Shown here: one piece after another, positions 1 through 14,580 of the stretch
Layout: each line of letters starts with the position of its first letter
How positions within the stretch are numbered: position 1 is the first letter of the stretch
Origin: Lama glama
Taxonomy: Eukaryota
Assembly (NCBI GenBank): GCA_028534125.1
Contig: CM052816.1
Location: 12,588,001-12,652,000 of the forward strand
Length of the DNA stretch: 64,000 nucleotides
Reading direction: 5' to 3'
Program-made: the position numbers and the translations under genes
Notes under the pieces: model-generated
Databases searched by the model: none
What the model was told of the DNA's origin: nothing
Seen by the model: the letters and a program-made list of their open reading frames with translations, nothing else

Positions 1-1079
1 TTTCCTAATCTTATCATTACCCCCATAATTCACAGTCTGATGACATGCCAAAGTAATATTAATAATGCATAATTCATAAGTGATTCAGCTTTAGAGAAGC
101 TTCACTTTCACTATTACATTTTATTTCATTTGATAAAGAATGTGAAGTTCAAAATGCCACACAGTTAACAATACACAAAGTTAAAGCTAGAATTCTAACC
201 ACACCAAGGCTTCTGGCAGATCTGAAAAGGGAAGGGGAGAAAATCGGAAGTGGGTCCACTTCTGAAGGCCCGTTGGGGAAGATACCTAAAAAACAGAGCT
301 GTCTCTGCAACCCCAAACGAAAACACAGGTTTAATTTATTAAAGGGGTTATTTTGTTAAAATTGAGATAGACTAAATTGACATAGCCACCTGACCAAAGA
401 GTATATCTGATGTGGAAGTGTAAAAATGGAAAAGAAGCCAGTCAGTCCAATTCCATGACTTGGACAGCAACCCTCACCAGTTCCTCCCTTATGTACCTGT
501 TTTGTTCTTATTCTTTATATTGTGCAACTTAACATAGACTCTTCTTTTCTCTATTTGGCTATATGATGCAGTTTAGCATTCTATCACCCAAATGACTCTC
601 AGTGTTTCCTGTGTATACTTTTAGTCTCACAGCTAAAATAGAAATAGGTAGGAACTACGTCTAAGCACAATTCAGTGCCCCATACTCAAGGGTCTTCCAG
701 ATCATTTGACCCAACCACCTCTTTCTAAGGAAGTCATTGGGCACTGGTCAATCCAAAACAGATGACTAAGAAGCTGAGCAGAGATTTTGAGAGTGTTGAG
801 TTAGAAAGACAAAAATTAAAGTCCTGAGTCCACCATGAAGGGGCAGACCTGGAAATTCCCCATGCTTTGGTTTGAGTACCTCAAAAAAGCTATCCACCAT
901 AAAAAGATCAATCTTTACAATGGCAGATGTCCTGTTTCAAATCATCTCAATCCTTGAATTTGGCTTAAGGTAATCCAGGACTTCTAGTGGCCCTAGTCTT
1001 TTGCTAGAAGCAAAAATAAATTCCGTTTAGAGTAAGACCATCTTAGACCTCACTTTACCCTAACATTTTTTCAAATACA

Positions 1080-1490
1080 ATGTCTGGAATTCAATTTAAA
1101 AAAAACAGGCAGAAGAAGAAATGAGACAGAAGGATCACAAACCAAATGGAAAAGGAAACAGATAACATAAACAAAGTTACATAGGATCCAAATAATAAAG
1201 TCATTAGACACAGATTATATTTAATATGTTCAAACAGATGATCGACATAATTGAGAATTTTGACAGGGAACTAGAAACTGTTTCAAAAAGAACTAAGTAT
1301 AAAAATATGTAATGGAAAATTATAACAATCAAAATCAAGAACCCAAAGAAAGTTTTTAATAGTATAGTAGGCCCAGTTGGAGAGAGAGTTAATGAACCAG
1401 ATCATAGGTCAGAAGAAAATAACCAAAGTAAAACATGATGAAACAAAAGGATTTGTAAAAAGAGAGAGAGAAGAACCAAATCAATCTGAT
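1080..1490 (+). mobile_element. Old L1 fragment (ORF1-like, A-rich, degenerate)
   Basis: A-rich sequence resembling the L1M ORF1 coiled-coil region, with no open frame. Confidence 0.5.
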
Positions 1491-1499
1491 CATATTGCA

Positions 1500-1888
1500 A
1501 ATGTATGAAACAACCTCACTGAAGAGGATGGAGAAAAAACGTGCTGACCTAAGTAACTATGGAAATAAATGGAATCTGTAAGACTAAAACAAAAGAAATT
1601 GTACATAAGCATTATTCTCTCTAGTTGGTAAAGTTGTGTCCTCGGGGTATAGGTTAACAATTCTGAATTTGCTATACATGCAAACGAGAACTGAACAATC
1701 ACGTAAATGGATGGCAGATAGTTGGAGCAAGTTTCTCACTGTGGGAGAGGGAGTTTACAGAGAAAAGAAGGGAGGAAACTAGAACAATCCATACTTTGAA
1801 AGATTAGGGTAAGAGACATCAGTATGAAGACATATTTAGCTTAATACAGATAAAGATGGTTACACTATCTGTATAAAATGTAGGTATG

Positions 1889-1956
<68 letters not shown>

Positions 1957-2830
1957 TATAGTCACCTCAGCAGCAATGAGCTCACCTAGAACTCAGATTT
2001 TTATTTCTAATACCATTATGCAAGAAAAGAAACCAGGACTTCTCAGGGAAACGGTTGATCCCAGGACAGGGGAAGGAAATGTTCAAAATAAGTCTAGAGG
2101 ATCTTGAAGTACCAGAAAATAATGAAGTGCTAAAAAAAAAGACAAAACACAAAAACAAAAACCCCACAATTACAGAGCTTTGTCAAAGGAACACAGGAGT
2201 CAACTGAAAGTATTCCCCATGGTCAAAGTCAAAACAACTGGAGCAACAAAATAAAGTTATGATGCACAGTTGCACTGTAATTCAAAGTATAAAATAAATG
2301 TCTATAACATAAATAAATGATTAAATAAAGAAATAAATGGGAAAGAAGAGACAAATCTCCCATGCAAGAGAATTCCAAATAATTTAAGTAGATATTCTAC
2401 CTTTGAGGAGGATAAATCTCCACTCCTTAAGTGTGGGTGGGCATAGGACTTCTTTCCAAAGAATACAGTGGGAAAAGGGGGAAAAAAGTAAATTTATAGT
2501 AGAGAAACCTGACAACCACTCCCTCAGCCAAATGATTAAGATCAATGTCAAAAGTGATGTCATGTTGAGAGTGTTTACCCTTGATAGGATATGATAAAAA
2601 TGGCACTTTACCTATGTGGTCTTCCCCTCAAAAGACCACAGCCCTACCCTAATCATTAGAAAACCAACAGCCAAGAGGAACCTAAGGAAATAAGACAACT
2701 AAATGTAATATGGTATCCTGGATGGGATCCTAGAACTGAAAAAGAATGCTAGGTAAAAATTAAGGGAGTCTGAATAAATTAGGTACTTTAATAATAAATA
2801 GCATGTCAATATAGGTTTATTTGTAATAAA
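1500..2830 (+). mobile_element. L1MC/L1MD-type 3' end fragment containing a (TA)n expansion
   Basis: Motifs such as tttctaataccatt...aaccaggacttctcagggaaa, gagaaacctgacaaccact and ggtatcctggatgggatcctagaac are typical of old L1MC 3'UTRs. Confidence 0.75.
1896..1960. repeat. (TA)n microsatellite with occasional CA interruptions
   Basis: Directly visible. Confidence 0.97.
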
Positions 2831-4479
2831 CTAAAATTATTATAATGTCTGGTGAGATTTAAAATACATGTAGACTTAAAATATGTCACGATAGCAGCAC
2901 ATTAGTTGGGAAGTTGGCAAATGCGTTATTGGGGTAGGGGGACGAAGATAATTGTCTATGGTTTGCATGATTTATTCAATAATAATAATAAATTGTGTTA
3001 TGGTTAAATGTTTATCATTTTCTAGAAAAAGCCACCTGCTAAGAACTATATATATTTTATAGGTAAGACTAACATGACCCCTATCTGTAAACTAGAATGC
3101 CAGTATATGGTCTCTAGATAAGTAAGGAGTTCCTGGTTTTAGAAGTCCATGTAATGGATCTTGCTTTAATATCTCTTAATAATTAACAATAGCTAGTCTA
3201 CAAAACATGAAACAGATTTCAAAAACAACCTTCCCTTTCCAAAAAAAAAAACCCACAAGCTCTTTAGATTGCCAGCTCTGCTTCTGAATTTATAAATTTC
3301 AACTTACTAACAACTTTTAGAGAAAGTGGGGTGCATTCATGTACTGTTCCTCTAAAGAACAGAGCGGGAACCTTAAATTCTCAACTGCAACATGGTTACA
3401 GTATCATATCATAGACGTGGCACAGTTAAGTGAAGCAAGACATTGAAATGAGATTCTTTTCACATTTCATAGAACACAGGGATTTGTGTGTGTGCGCGCA
3501 CATGCGTGCGTGTGTTTCCTGGGGAGGGAGGGTAAAGATTGAATGTAATTGTTCAATCATACCCAAAAGAACATGAGTTAATATTTCATAGCTACTTAAT
3601 CCACTCATTCAGAAATGGTAATGCAAATGTTCAAATATTTATGCTTCGTAGGCAAAACCTGGCACCCTGAATGATTGCATTGTACTCTTTTGTGCCACTG
3701 ACATACAATTCATTGCAGATCAGGTAACCAGGAAATCACAATATTCAGCAGGGGAGCACTAGCAATGAAGTCTTTATACTCACAATCCTTTCATTTTTAT
3801 TCATATTGAAGCCTTGTTTGCTCCTTGAAATAATTAAAATACCCACCAAAGTCAGTGATTAAGGAAGGGATTAGTATAAAAAAAGACTTATATATTTAAT
3901 TAATCTGATTGCAATTTCCAATCTACATGTATAAAATTCAAGGCTGCCTGTAAGACAAGTGATTCTACTGTAATAGCCTGTTATTCCCAGACATGAGTTC
4001 TTCAATATAACGCTTCCACATCAACCATAATGAAAGTTGTATGTCGAGTTTTCAATCCCATCCTTTAATGCTCCTGAACAGCATTTTGAGAGTATGAGTA
4101 AGGTCAGAGGGGAACTGCATTATTTGGATTTTTTTTTTAATCGTTTAGAGCCTTTCTTTCCACTCTCAGTAGCCCCAGGCTATCAAAGCAAAAAATCAAG
4201 TTCAAACAGAAATTTAAGACACTTTGGAGTGAATTTCAGAGTTAAGAAGAGGACCTCCGGCACCATGCATGACTTGACAGAGGAATCTGGCTTGTTCTAC
4301 CTAGTGTAGATTCCAAGTGTAAAGAATAAGATAGAAGGATGAGAGCTCATCACCTCCCGTTTATACCAACCCAACTGTTGTTCTCTTCAGAGATGCATTT
4401 CCTCTTTTATCTCCTCACTAGCCTGAACAATCACATAGTACCGAGGGATATTTTAAAATGATGTATTGTCGCCAAGTAC

Positions 4480-4950
4480 CACCCTGATATGAAGCCCTGA
4501 GAAGGACACATCACCTCTCCAGCATCCTTCCCAATAATGTGTAGTCTCAACCTAGTCGTAAGAAAGCATCAGACATCAGACACTGGGAGGCATTAGTCAA
4601 AGTAACTGACTTTGACTGGCTTCAAAAGTGTCAAGGTCCTAAGAGATTGGGAAAGGCCAAGGCACTGTCACAGATAATATGATGGGGGCACAGGATCTTC
4701 TAAAATAGAAAGGACACTATTGGGAAAAATGGTGAAATCCATTAAGTTCCGTACTTTAGCTAACAGTATTGTACTAAGGTCAATGTCTTAGTTTTGGTAA
4801 CTTTTATGGTTGTGTAAAATGTTAACATAAGGAGAGGCTGAAGGAAGGGTAGGCAGGGCTTTGTACAATTTTTTTTCAACTCTTCTTTAAGACTTAAATT
4901 ATTCAAAAATTAAAAAAATTAAGTGTTAAAAACACAAAGCAAAAAAAAAA
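4480..4950 (+). mobile_element. L1MC/L1ME-type 3' end fragment
   Basis: gaaggacacatcac...aaaagtgtcaaggtc...aatgttaacataaggagaggctg...aaattattcaaaaattaaaaaa and an A-rich end. Confidence 0.7.
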
Positions 4951-5084
4951 AACCACCATTATTGTACAGAAAGAAGGGGATTCTAATTTAAAGAGATACT
5001 TGGGAAGTTTCAAAACTGCTGCTTTCTTAGTAATTGTGAGTTATTCATTTGAAACCCTTCTGATGCACTTAGAGTCAGAAGGTG

Positions 5085-5335
5085 GCATAATATGATGGCT
5101 AATAACATGGACTTTAGGATCAGATATATCTTAGTGTAAAACCTCATTTTACCATTTATTACCTATGTGTTTCATGACACACTACTTAATGTCTCTGAAG
5201 CTCAATTTTCTCATACATAAAATAGAGATGTGAAGAGTGGCAACTTCATGGGACTGTTAAAGATTAAATGTGGTAATATATGGAAACATTTTAGGCTACG
5301 TGTAATATATAGAAAAACACTTAATAAGTGGAAGC
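5085..5335 (+). mobile_element. MIR SINE
   Basis: tacttaatgtctctgaagctcaattttctcatacataaaatagagat...aagattaaatg core. Confidence 0.75.
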
Positions 5336-8300
5336 CACTAATATTATCACAGAAACTGGCAATATTCATTCACTCTATTCATTTCCAAAGTTTAAGCGTT
5401 TCCTTTCACTTAGAAAGTTTAATAATTTCCCCATTCCACTCAGCCTTCTCTAAATCTTATCCATCCTCCAAGTCCCAGTGTGATCTCAATCCCTTCATAA
5501 ACCTCTGATTAATTCCCAGCCTCCAGTCCTGCATATGATGTATGTATTGTGCAGACTCACTATCATTTTATGTGTGGTAATCATGTTCCACCAATTAGAC
5601 TATAAGCTGTTTGATGGGAAAGACCGTCTTGTTTCTTGTTATGTTTTCCTTGGCATCAACGTTGAGGAGGCATTGAAAAAGGCAAGGTAGTTCATGATTA
5701 TGCTATTTTAAAGGTTTCTAGAGGAATCTGGTGATACCACGGATTTAATCACTGGGAATTCAGAGGCCTGTCAAGACGGGACTTGAAGAAATAAACATAT
5801 CCTTAAAAGCTCTTTTAAAAAGAAATACAAGTCTTCCAGAATCCTCTTCGCTCCGAATGCAAACTAAATCAGATTCTTCATTGCTGTCTCTGGTGCCTAC
5901 GTCATGCAGCTTTGTCTTGTAAAGAAGATGCTTTAAAGTCTCTCAAGAGCTTCCATAGACACATTACTTTGGCTGAAATCAATTCTGTTAGGAAATTTAC
6001 CCCCAATTTAATAATTTCCACGTTCGTATACCATGGGCAACCAGAATACCAGGAAGAGCACATCATTTCTTTTAACAATTCCCTTATACAGCATCATGGT
6101 TTCTTAAGTGCTTTTAAGTGCATTGCTCTAATTGACTCTCATAAAATCTCTGAGAGGCTATCTAGAAAGTATTATTATCCCCAATTTGCAGATAAAACAA
6201 CTGAGGCTCAGACTTGCCAAAAATTACACCATTAGTAAGCTGAAATTTAAGACCTGTCTCACTCAACAAGCATTTATTGACTGTCTCCCATGGGGTTCTC
6301 TGATTGGGTGTGCTCCCTCATCCCCACATAGCATCGTGCTTCTCAGGAAGGATTGCAATCATCTACCTACTTGTCTGAATCTTCCCCTGGACCATAAGCT
6401 CCTTGCAAGCAAACATCTTGCGCTAATTGTATCCTTAGTACCTGGCACCAAAAAGGCACTCAGTAAACACTGATGGAATAGATGAATGGGGACAAGCCAA
6501 AAAATGATGATGAAGAATGGACTAAAGGGGCTCAAATTAATTGTTTTGGATGAATGCAAATTATATCATCCCTTTCCCAGATCCTAGCATCTTATAACCC
6601 AATTCTCCCCAACAGACGGCAAGGCTGTTGCGAGATTAATACACTGTGCTCCCGAGGAAGGAGCACAGCCTATCACTGAGATGAGTCAGTAAGACCAGAT
6701 GACCATGGAGAAGCGCAAGCCTGGTTATTATTCCACTCTCCAAATAAATCCGTCTACCTGGACAGGTTTCAATCCCAACTATGTCACACTGACTAGGCAA
6801 CTCTGACTTCCTCCATACTAAAGGACAGAAGTGATCACCTTTGACTTAAAGTTACCAAAGTAAAGGGAACTGAAGCTTCTAAATGAAAGTAATAGGAGTT
6901 CACTGACCCTAGGGTGGTGACATGCTGGAGTCCGAAGGACATTGAGAAGTCAGTCTCTGAAAATCTTCAAGAAGACAATCGAAATCTATGTGAAACATTT
7001 GCCTTCCTGAGACCTCCTCAGCTGTAGCATCCTCTGACCTACTTCTCTCATTATCCTACATTCAAATCGGCATTTTTGTTCCTACCTCTCTCACTGCAAC
7101 ATCTTTTTTTCAATCCACAGCCATCTGTTTGCACAAGCCCCACCTTCAGAATCAGAACCACGAAATGTTTGCAGAATTTGTGGTTTTTCAGAAAGTTGGC
7201 AGAGTTTGTTCTCCATAGTGATGGTATCAATTTCCCCAAGCGGGAAAAATGCCAGTTGCTAGTAACAGTATCTGATGCTAAGCAACCAGAGCGGATCCAG
7301 GAGGCAGTTCAGTGACTGAAAAGAGCACCAAACAGGAATGTGAAGACAGAGCTCTGGTCATTACTCTTCCAAGCACTTCAATGTGACCTCAGATAAATTA
7401 CTCAGTTTCTCTGATGTTCTGCTTTGTTTTCTCATCTCTGTAGCAAGCATGGGCCCTTCCAGATCCAGTGTGCTAAGTCCTGCCCTGCTAGTGACAACTT
7501 TCACCAGGGGATGGAGAGGGTGGGGGTGCATGATTAAGAACTCTGATCAACCACAGGACTTTTTCTTTCAAACTAATTAACAGTATGGCTTGTTTTATGT
7601 TTGGTTTGTTCTTTTCCCCCCGTCTTGTTCCAGAAAAACTGAAAAACAAATAGAACAGGTTTAAGGGAGACAATCTGGGTCAACATTGAGGGAAAATATG
7701 TATTAATTAAAGTAAAAGACTTTGTCCACAGAAGGATAAAGAATAAGATACACCATTTGTAATCGTAGTAAAACAAAAATCACAAAGGAAAAATAATATG
7801 AAGTCATTTATATGTAACCTGCTCTAAATAAAAATAACCAACAGATAAATTCACTGTTTGGACCATCTGTATCTGATAAGCATAAGTCTAAATCCTGGCA
7901 CCATCTGCTCAATTGAAATTTCGTACTGTATCAATATGCCAAATTACAATTGTGATAGCAAGGACAGCGGCCTGGTGGTGTAGGATCTCCATAGTGATCG
8001 TTCTTGAACCAGATGAGAAACCAGAGCCAAAATCAATTGGTTAGAAATTATCCTGGAGTTTTCTGTTCAACCTGATTAAGACCAGAAAGCGGCATGTGAC
8101 TGGCAAAGCCAAGCAACCAGACCTCTGCAGTAGAAGAAACATCTGGGGGAGGGGCCCAGAACACCCAAGAATCTAGGACTGATGGGAAGGAACCATGAAA
8201 GTGGAGACTTAAAGTAGAGATTCAACAGTATCTCCGTCCATCCAGAGCTTGTCTCTGGTACCTAGCCACCTGACCTGCTATTAGACGTGGTGCATTTTTC

Positions 8301-8844
8301 AACAGGGAACAGGCAAGCCATGAAAACATATTTCAGTGGTGAGAGAGCCATGGCCAATATAATAAATCCTTAAATTCTGAGACCTTATCATCACCTAAAT
8401 CCCTTGCCTTACAGATGAGAATACTGAGGCCCACCAGGCTGAGCAACATTCCCAGATCAATACCCAGTTAGTAGCAGAACAGATCGCCTTCTTCCCAGAC
8501 CAGTGCTTATCCCAAGTTGCCTCTTAGCAGGCAAAAGCATTTGCATGCTTTCCTTCTTTACAAAAAAAAAGCCATATGCTTTTTAAGCTACTTATCCTGA
8601 TGGCTTTTCTAAATTTCCCTGTTTTCTTTCTATCCAACAAGCAAGTTTCTTTAAGATGGTATCTTTCCTAACCTTTAGCTCTTTTTCATGAAATATGTGT
8701 TGTTCATGTTTTATGTAATCTCCACATCGCTATGGGAGAGCTATGTTCATGATTTTTAGGTAAGTATAATGAGTAACGATGTCTATTGTGCTTTGCTCTA
8801 GACGTACCCAAGTACCCACCAGTTCCATAACATTCTCTTCAAAG

Positions 8845-9190
8845 TTTCATGCCTTTGCACAGGCTGTTCCTTCTGCCTGAATGGCCCTCTGTCCATTCCA
8901 AACCCCCATCTATCAGCTCAACTCCTGCTCATCCTCAAAGACCCAACTCAAATGTTCCCTCTTCTTCAGAGCGGTTTCTGACATCATCCAAAAAGAATTG
9001 CTTTCCCCCCTCTACATTTTAATTGTGCCTCAGACACAGCATTTATTCTTTATCTGATAATTACTTGTATCTGTGGTTGTGTCTTCACCAGAGTATCAGC
9101 ACCTCATGGGCAGACACAGAGTTTTATGTATCTTCAGCATCTAACAGTGCCTAGCATGCAGGAGGACCTAGGCAAATGTTTTGTTGTCTA
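8845..9190 (+). mobile_element. L2 LINE 3' end
   Basis: gcctttgcacaggctgttccttctgcctgaatg...tcctcaaagacccaactcaaatgt...gcatctaacagtgcctagcat. Confidence 0.8.
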
Positions 9191-9599
9191 ATGATGTCAA
9201 CCCAGTAACAGAATCATTGCCAAGAGCGATGCCATTTTTCTTTTTCTGGAATCCATACACTGACAATGACCTTTTGATATGGTCATTAAGTGTTAGGTCA
9301 GTACTATCTCTAAAGTATGCCAGGCCATGGTAAAGTTTGGGGCTACAAAGAAACAATGAGGATGTTTAAAATATCAAGTTATTTAAATCTTGTGGCAGGT
9401 TCTGTGCCTTGTAAAATAAGAATCAAACATCTGAGTGTTTCCAAAGGGCTTGAAGGTCATTCCCTTAGGCATAAAATTTCAACAGTGAATCTCAAAGAAC
9501 TGCCTGAAGTTTGTTACAAATAGAAAATATTATATTATAATTTTCTATCTAAAAACTAAAAAAAAAAGAATAATCTCTCATTTCTATAACGATAATAAC

Positions 9600-9850
9600 A
9601 ATAATAAAGCTGATATTTATTGAGGGCTTACCAGGAGCCAGGTACTTTGTGAAGCACTTTATATTCATAATTTCATTTAACATTCTTAGTTACTTCAAAA
9701 GGTGGGTACTGTCATCATTCCCATTTTTTGGATGACGAAACTGAGGCATTCAGGGTTTAAGTAACTGGGTGCATGATGTCAAACAAGAGTGAGAGAGTGA
9801 GAATGTGACCCAGTCAGACTGACTCTGTCCCTCCTGCTCTAAATATAAAC
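9600..9850 (-). mobile_element. MIR SINE
   Basis: atttattgagggcttacca...ccccattttttggatgacgaaactgaggca...ggtttaagtaact. Confidence 0.8.
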
Positions 9851-9952
9851 CGTGGAAATAAAGAGCTCAGCAAATTTCCTGAACATCCTTGAGCTCATTA
9901 GGAGACAAAGGACTTTATCCTCTCTTAGCTATGAACAAAGAAGCCACACCCT

Positions 9953-10474
9953 TCTAAAGGCGAGCAAAATTTGCCCCCAAAATACATCTCCTTGGCATAA
10001 AGATTATTTTAGGCTGATTATCTTTAAGAAACAACAGATAGAGGAAAAGCTCTGAAAACCTAGTAGAAGTTACCTTTTTGAAAGAGACATTTACATTTAT
10101 CAGGGAAATCTCCATTTGTAAGAGTGTCTCTCCATTTGTACCAGGAACAGGATTACCAAATCTCTTGAAACCCTTATCTGCATAAAACCTTACCATTGTA
10201 TATTGTGCTTTGCCTGATAACCTCCCATAACTGGCTTCCAACTCCCCGCCACCCTCCCATGTTCTTTTGTCTTTAACTGAGGATGACATTTAAGGTGCTG
10301 GGTTGGGCTATTTCAGGAGTTACTCAGTTCCCTGGGTATCTCCCATGTATACAGAAGGTACACATGGTTTTAAGCTTGTGTTCGTTTTCCTCTTGTTAAT
10401 CTGTCCTTTATTACAGAGGGGTCTCAGCCAAGAACCCAGAAAGATAGAAAGAAAAGTACATTTCCTCCCCTATA
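9953..10474 (+). mobile_element. ERV1 solo LTR (MER34-like)
   Basis: ccccaaaata...ttggcataaagattattttaggctgattat...aagctctgaaaac...gtagaagttaccttttt...ggaaatctccatttgtaag...tctcttgttaatctgtc...tctcagccaagaacc...tttcctcccctata. Confidence 0.85.
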
Positions 10475-10964
10475 CTTGGTAGGTGCACTAGACCCTCCAA
10501 AGAAAGGGGAAGCATGAGACTTTTTATCAACCTAGAGGATAATGGATTGTTAGAAGCCTGAAATCACTGTATCAGGAGACTAAGCTTTATGCATAAAAAC
10601 AAGATTATCACCCATGAAAAATGATTCCCCCTAAAGGCCTACACTGAGAATATTTTATTCCATCAACCGGGTATGCTTGTGTACTTTCTTGGGGCAGAAA
10701 TTGAGCTCGGCTTTAGCCAGGCTAGTGGGTGTATTTCCTGGCAATCATTTATTTATTGCTTATTGGACAGCTTTCAGCTTCCATCCTGAAAAGACAGAGT
10801 TGGTGATGTGCTTCTGTATTCCTTAAGAGAGAGAGGAAAAGGCTGAGGTCCCTTTAGGGAGAGATTGGTTTCTGGCCCATCTCAGTAACTCGTGTTTGAT
10901 CATAATAACTTTTATCTTTGGAAAAGGGGAGGATTCTGATATATATGGGTTATATATGTATTAA

Positions 10965-11180
10965 CTTCATTGTACAGTGTTTTATAGTTTGCCAAGTATT
11001 TCCTTGTAGACATCATTTGATTTGAGCCATACCACAGCCTGGTAAGGTGGGTGGATTTGTTCCCATTTTTCACAGGAAAGCCTAACTCAGTTGTATGCCC
11101 TGACTCACAAAGCTGGTAAGTAGCAGACATGCAGGATAACACTCATCCTAGCCTTCTGATTCCAAGTCTGGGATCTTCCA
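10965..11180 (-). mobile_element. MIR SINE
   Basis: catcatttgatttgagccataccacagcctggtaaggtggg...cccatttttcacag...gccttctgattccaagtc. Confidence 0.7.
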
Positions 11181-12754
11181 CAAAACAGCCATTTGTCTTT
11201 GTGGTTTGAGTGAACCTGCTTACAAATTACCTCTTTGGTTCAGCACTTCTGCTGCTACCTAAATAACCTGTCATCCCTGGGATGGAGAAGGTATTCATGG
11301 TAAATCTGAGCTATTAGAGCAAGATGGAGTGAGTGAAAAAAAAAACATGTGGGGCTTTTATTTACACTTCTCACAAGAGAGTAAAATCCTAAACTTTCTC
11401 TTGTAGAGTGAGGCTGGGGAGCAACAGCTTTAGAGAGACATGATCAAGGTTTCTACCAAACAATTCATCTTGTCTTTTGAATTGGGAACATCCAAAGGAA
11501 ACATCGAAAGAAAAAAAAAAATCAGTTCCTCCCCATTCTTGAGACTTGACTATAATATGGCACCGGTTTGGCATCAGATGACTGGGAATGCAAACACTTC
11601 AGTACAAAAGCAACATACAATAAGATTGTATTCTTTACAGTAAGTCATCTCCTCTCACTGTTATTTATTTATTAAAAAAATTTTTTTTGCCTAAACAGAA
11701 AATATTTCGATTCCATTTTAATCCTTGAAGACTTTTGTCTAGTAAATACTATGATTTCCTAGCTGCAAAGCAGATACTGCAGAGATTAAATGATAAGTAC
11801 TAATTAGTGCTTTTTGATTCTTCCTTTTCTCCCTCCCCTTCCCTAGGACTGACTGCCAGGACAGGAAAGGATTTATCACAACCAGATAAAACTGGTCAGC
11901 ACAATTCAAACACCTGGGCAATTTTGCCTTATCTTCCTAGGTACTGGGTTCTTTTGGTGTTCATTATCTGTCCTGTTTATGGAAGATGAAAAGGGTGTAA
12001 AACAAGAAAAACCCAGCTATAAGAATGGATTCCATTTAAAGTGCAAATGATATAACTGCACAGTCCTTTGGGGATGGGACTATGATGGACAGAGGAACCT
12101 GCAGCCATTAGCACTAAACTCTTTGTCTTCTACAATAAAATAAAATAAAAGGGGAGTAGGATGAGGAAAATAAAAATACACTGTGAGGAGGGCTGTCTTG
12201 CAAACTTCACACATCTCTTTGCTTTCTTATTCTCTTTCCCAGAGAATAGGGAGAAACCTCTGATAGGTTAGACCCCCTGCAGGCTATAACATTCAGCTGG
12301 ATACAGAGCTGACCTTGATGGCATCCAGCCCTCACAATGACGATTTCAACATAGTAAGATATCGAATTTAAAATGACAGAATCAGAATTTCTCCTGAGAT
12401 TGAAGAAAAGTGACAAAGATCACATCCTTTACCTCCCTGTGCCTACAAGAACAACAAAGTTAACTTTCACAATGGACATTACTTTCTTTTATGTAACAGT
12501 TGATATGGCTTCCTGTATAAGAGTGGAGGCCATTCAAGCTGGAAATATGGCAGGTTACTTGTAAAGCACTTATCCAAGTCAGAAAGACACGACGCTACAA
12601 TGACTGAAAAACAGCTGCTGTGCCTGAAACAAAGGTTCCTTGCTTCCAACCTGGCTTGAAAAAATAGCTATAAAATCTCAGAGTCTATACACGATTATAT
12701 ATGTGATCTCTGTGAGCAGCTCGGGGCTTCTTAAAACAATATCCACTAAAGCTT

Positions 12755-13053
12755 CATTTTCCAAGATACTAGCCGCTAGTCACATGTGGCTATTGAGCAC
12801 TCGAAATATGGCAAATGTGACTAAAGAATGTGACTTAACTTTAACATTTTATTTAGTTTTAATGATTTCAAATTAAAAAACTGAAGCAATGAAAAATATT
12901 CAGACATAGATTTAAATGATATTTTTGATATATTGGGTTACATAAAATATTTTATTCAAATTAATTTTACTCTTTCTCTTTACTTTTTGTCATGTGGCTA
13001 CTAGAAAATTTGAAATTATATACATGGCTGGCTTAATGTTTCTGTTGAAGAGT
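12755..13053. mobile_element. hAT-Charlie non-autonomous DNA transposon (MER3/MER33-like)
   Basis: tagccgctagtcacatgtggctattgagcactcgaaatatggc...atatttttgatatattgggtta...atgtggctactagaaaatttgaaattatatacatggct. Confidence 0.8.
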
Positions 13054-14559
13054 GATGTACCTTAGGAATAGAATCTACCTCAGACCCAAGGGAAGAATAT
13101 ACTTTAGATTCCATCCAAAGGTGTTTATTTGCCGGAAAGAAAAAGACTGGTACCTTGGTCTTCCAGCATCATGGTCACATATCACAAGGAGCAGGAGAGC
13201 CCGGGTTCTAGAACTCCCTGGCTTGGGTCTGAATGTCAGCTCCACCTTCTACCAGCTGTATGACCTGGGGCAAGTTGCTCATTCACTGCAAGCCCAGAAC
13301 TTTGAGTGTCCAGACAGTGGATCTAACCTAGTTAGCAAGTAAGCGCTCAAAATATATTAGCTATTATTGTTGCCGTTAGCAGAAGCTCTATTATTTGAAT
13401 ATTGTCAGGAGATAATCTGAAATGCACACATGAACTTAAGAAAAACTGTGATCTTATGAACCATACATATAAATTTGTAAGAGAATAATCGTCTGTCCTT
13501 CGGCAAACCATCAAGGATCAAGAACATTCAAGACGAGCATAGCTCCCTCCTCTCAATGAAGAGTTAAAGGTGTGGTTGGAAACCTTTGTCTTTTCTTTGT
13601 GTGGTTCTTCTATTTCTAGAACACTGTTGACACCAGTAAAGAGCAAAGGTAGAGAAGAGGATGGGGAGGAACATTGTCAACCTCGTAATTCAGCCTGATG
13701 CTCATCTTACAGGCAGTATTCATGGATAGTGACATATATGAATTTGCTTATCACTCTATGTCCCCCATTAGAATTAAGCTTCATGAGAACAGAAGCTGTG
13801 TTCACTCTGAACCCCATAATACTTGGAACATATCTGGTGGATAGTAGGTGCTCAATAAATATTTATCAAATAAATGAAGAAAGATAAAGACTCAGTTAGT
13901 CATGCAGCTAAAAGGAGGAGATCTATGAGAATGGGCCCATAAAAGTATATCCCAAACAGTACAGTCAGGTATCACAAAGTGATTCACAAGCAAGGGACAA
14001 CCATGATGTGAGTTTAGGCAACATTAAATGAGCAATGAAAACAGAAGGAAGACACGAATAAGAATGAATTGTGGTTACTAGGTACCTACAATCTCCCCAC
14101 CAACCAGGGTGAAGCCCAGCAGCTCAGCATGTCATATAAGGCCATTCACCATCTGCTCTCGACTTTGTTCTCCATACAGAGCGTTTGTCTGCCCCTGGCC
14201 TTTACATCCCAACCGTGAGGTTCAGCAAACAGTCATGATCTGTCTCATTTCCATGCCTCAGCACCTGCTTGACCTTCTACCCAAAATGCTATTCCCTGTA
14301 TTGTCTGCTTAACTAACTCCTCATTCTTTACGACTTTGCTTAAGAATTGTCACCCGAGGGAAGACATCCCTGATCATTCCACACAGAATTAAGTATTTCC
14401 TCCTCTATTTTTTCCCAATACCTGCATCACTTCTATATTATAAAAGCATTCCATGTAGTCACACATAACACATCTCAAGTCCTATATAAAGCTCCAGTTG
14501 CATAAATCAAAGCCTAGATTTATATCCTACATGATAGGCATTCTGAAATACGAAAAGAA

Positions 14560-14580
14560 AAACATGCTTTAGGCATGCTT
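14560..14580. promoter_or_regulatory. p53/p63/p73 consensus response element (two perfect half-sites, 1-bp spacer)
   Basis: AAACATGCTT-t-AGGCATGCTT: both decamers fit RRRCATGYYY exactly. Confidence 0.45.

Noticed and set aside
1886..2107. ORFs with YIYIYI runs (also near 19661-19897 and 27253-27703)
   Set aside because: These are translations of (TA)n and (CA)n microsatellites.
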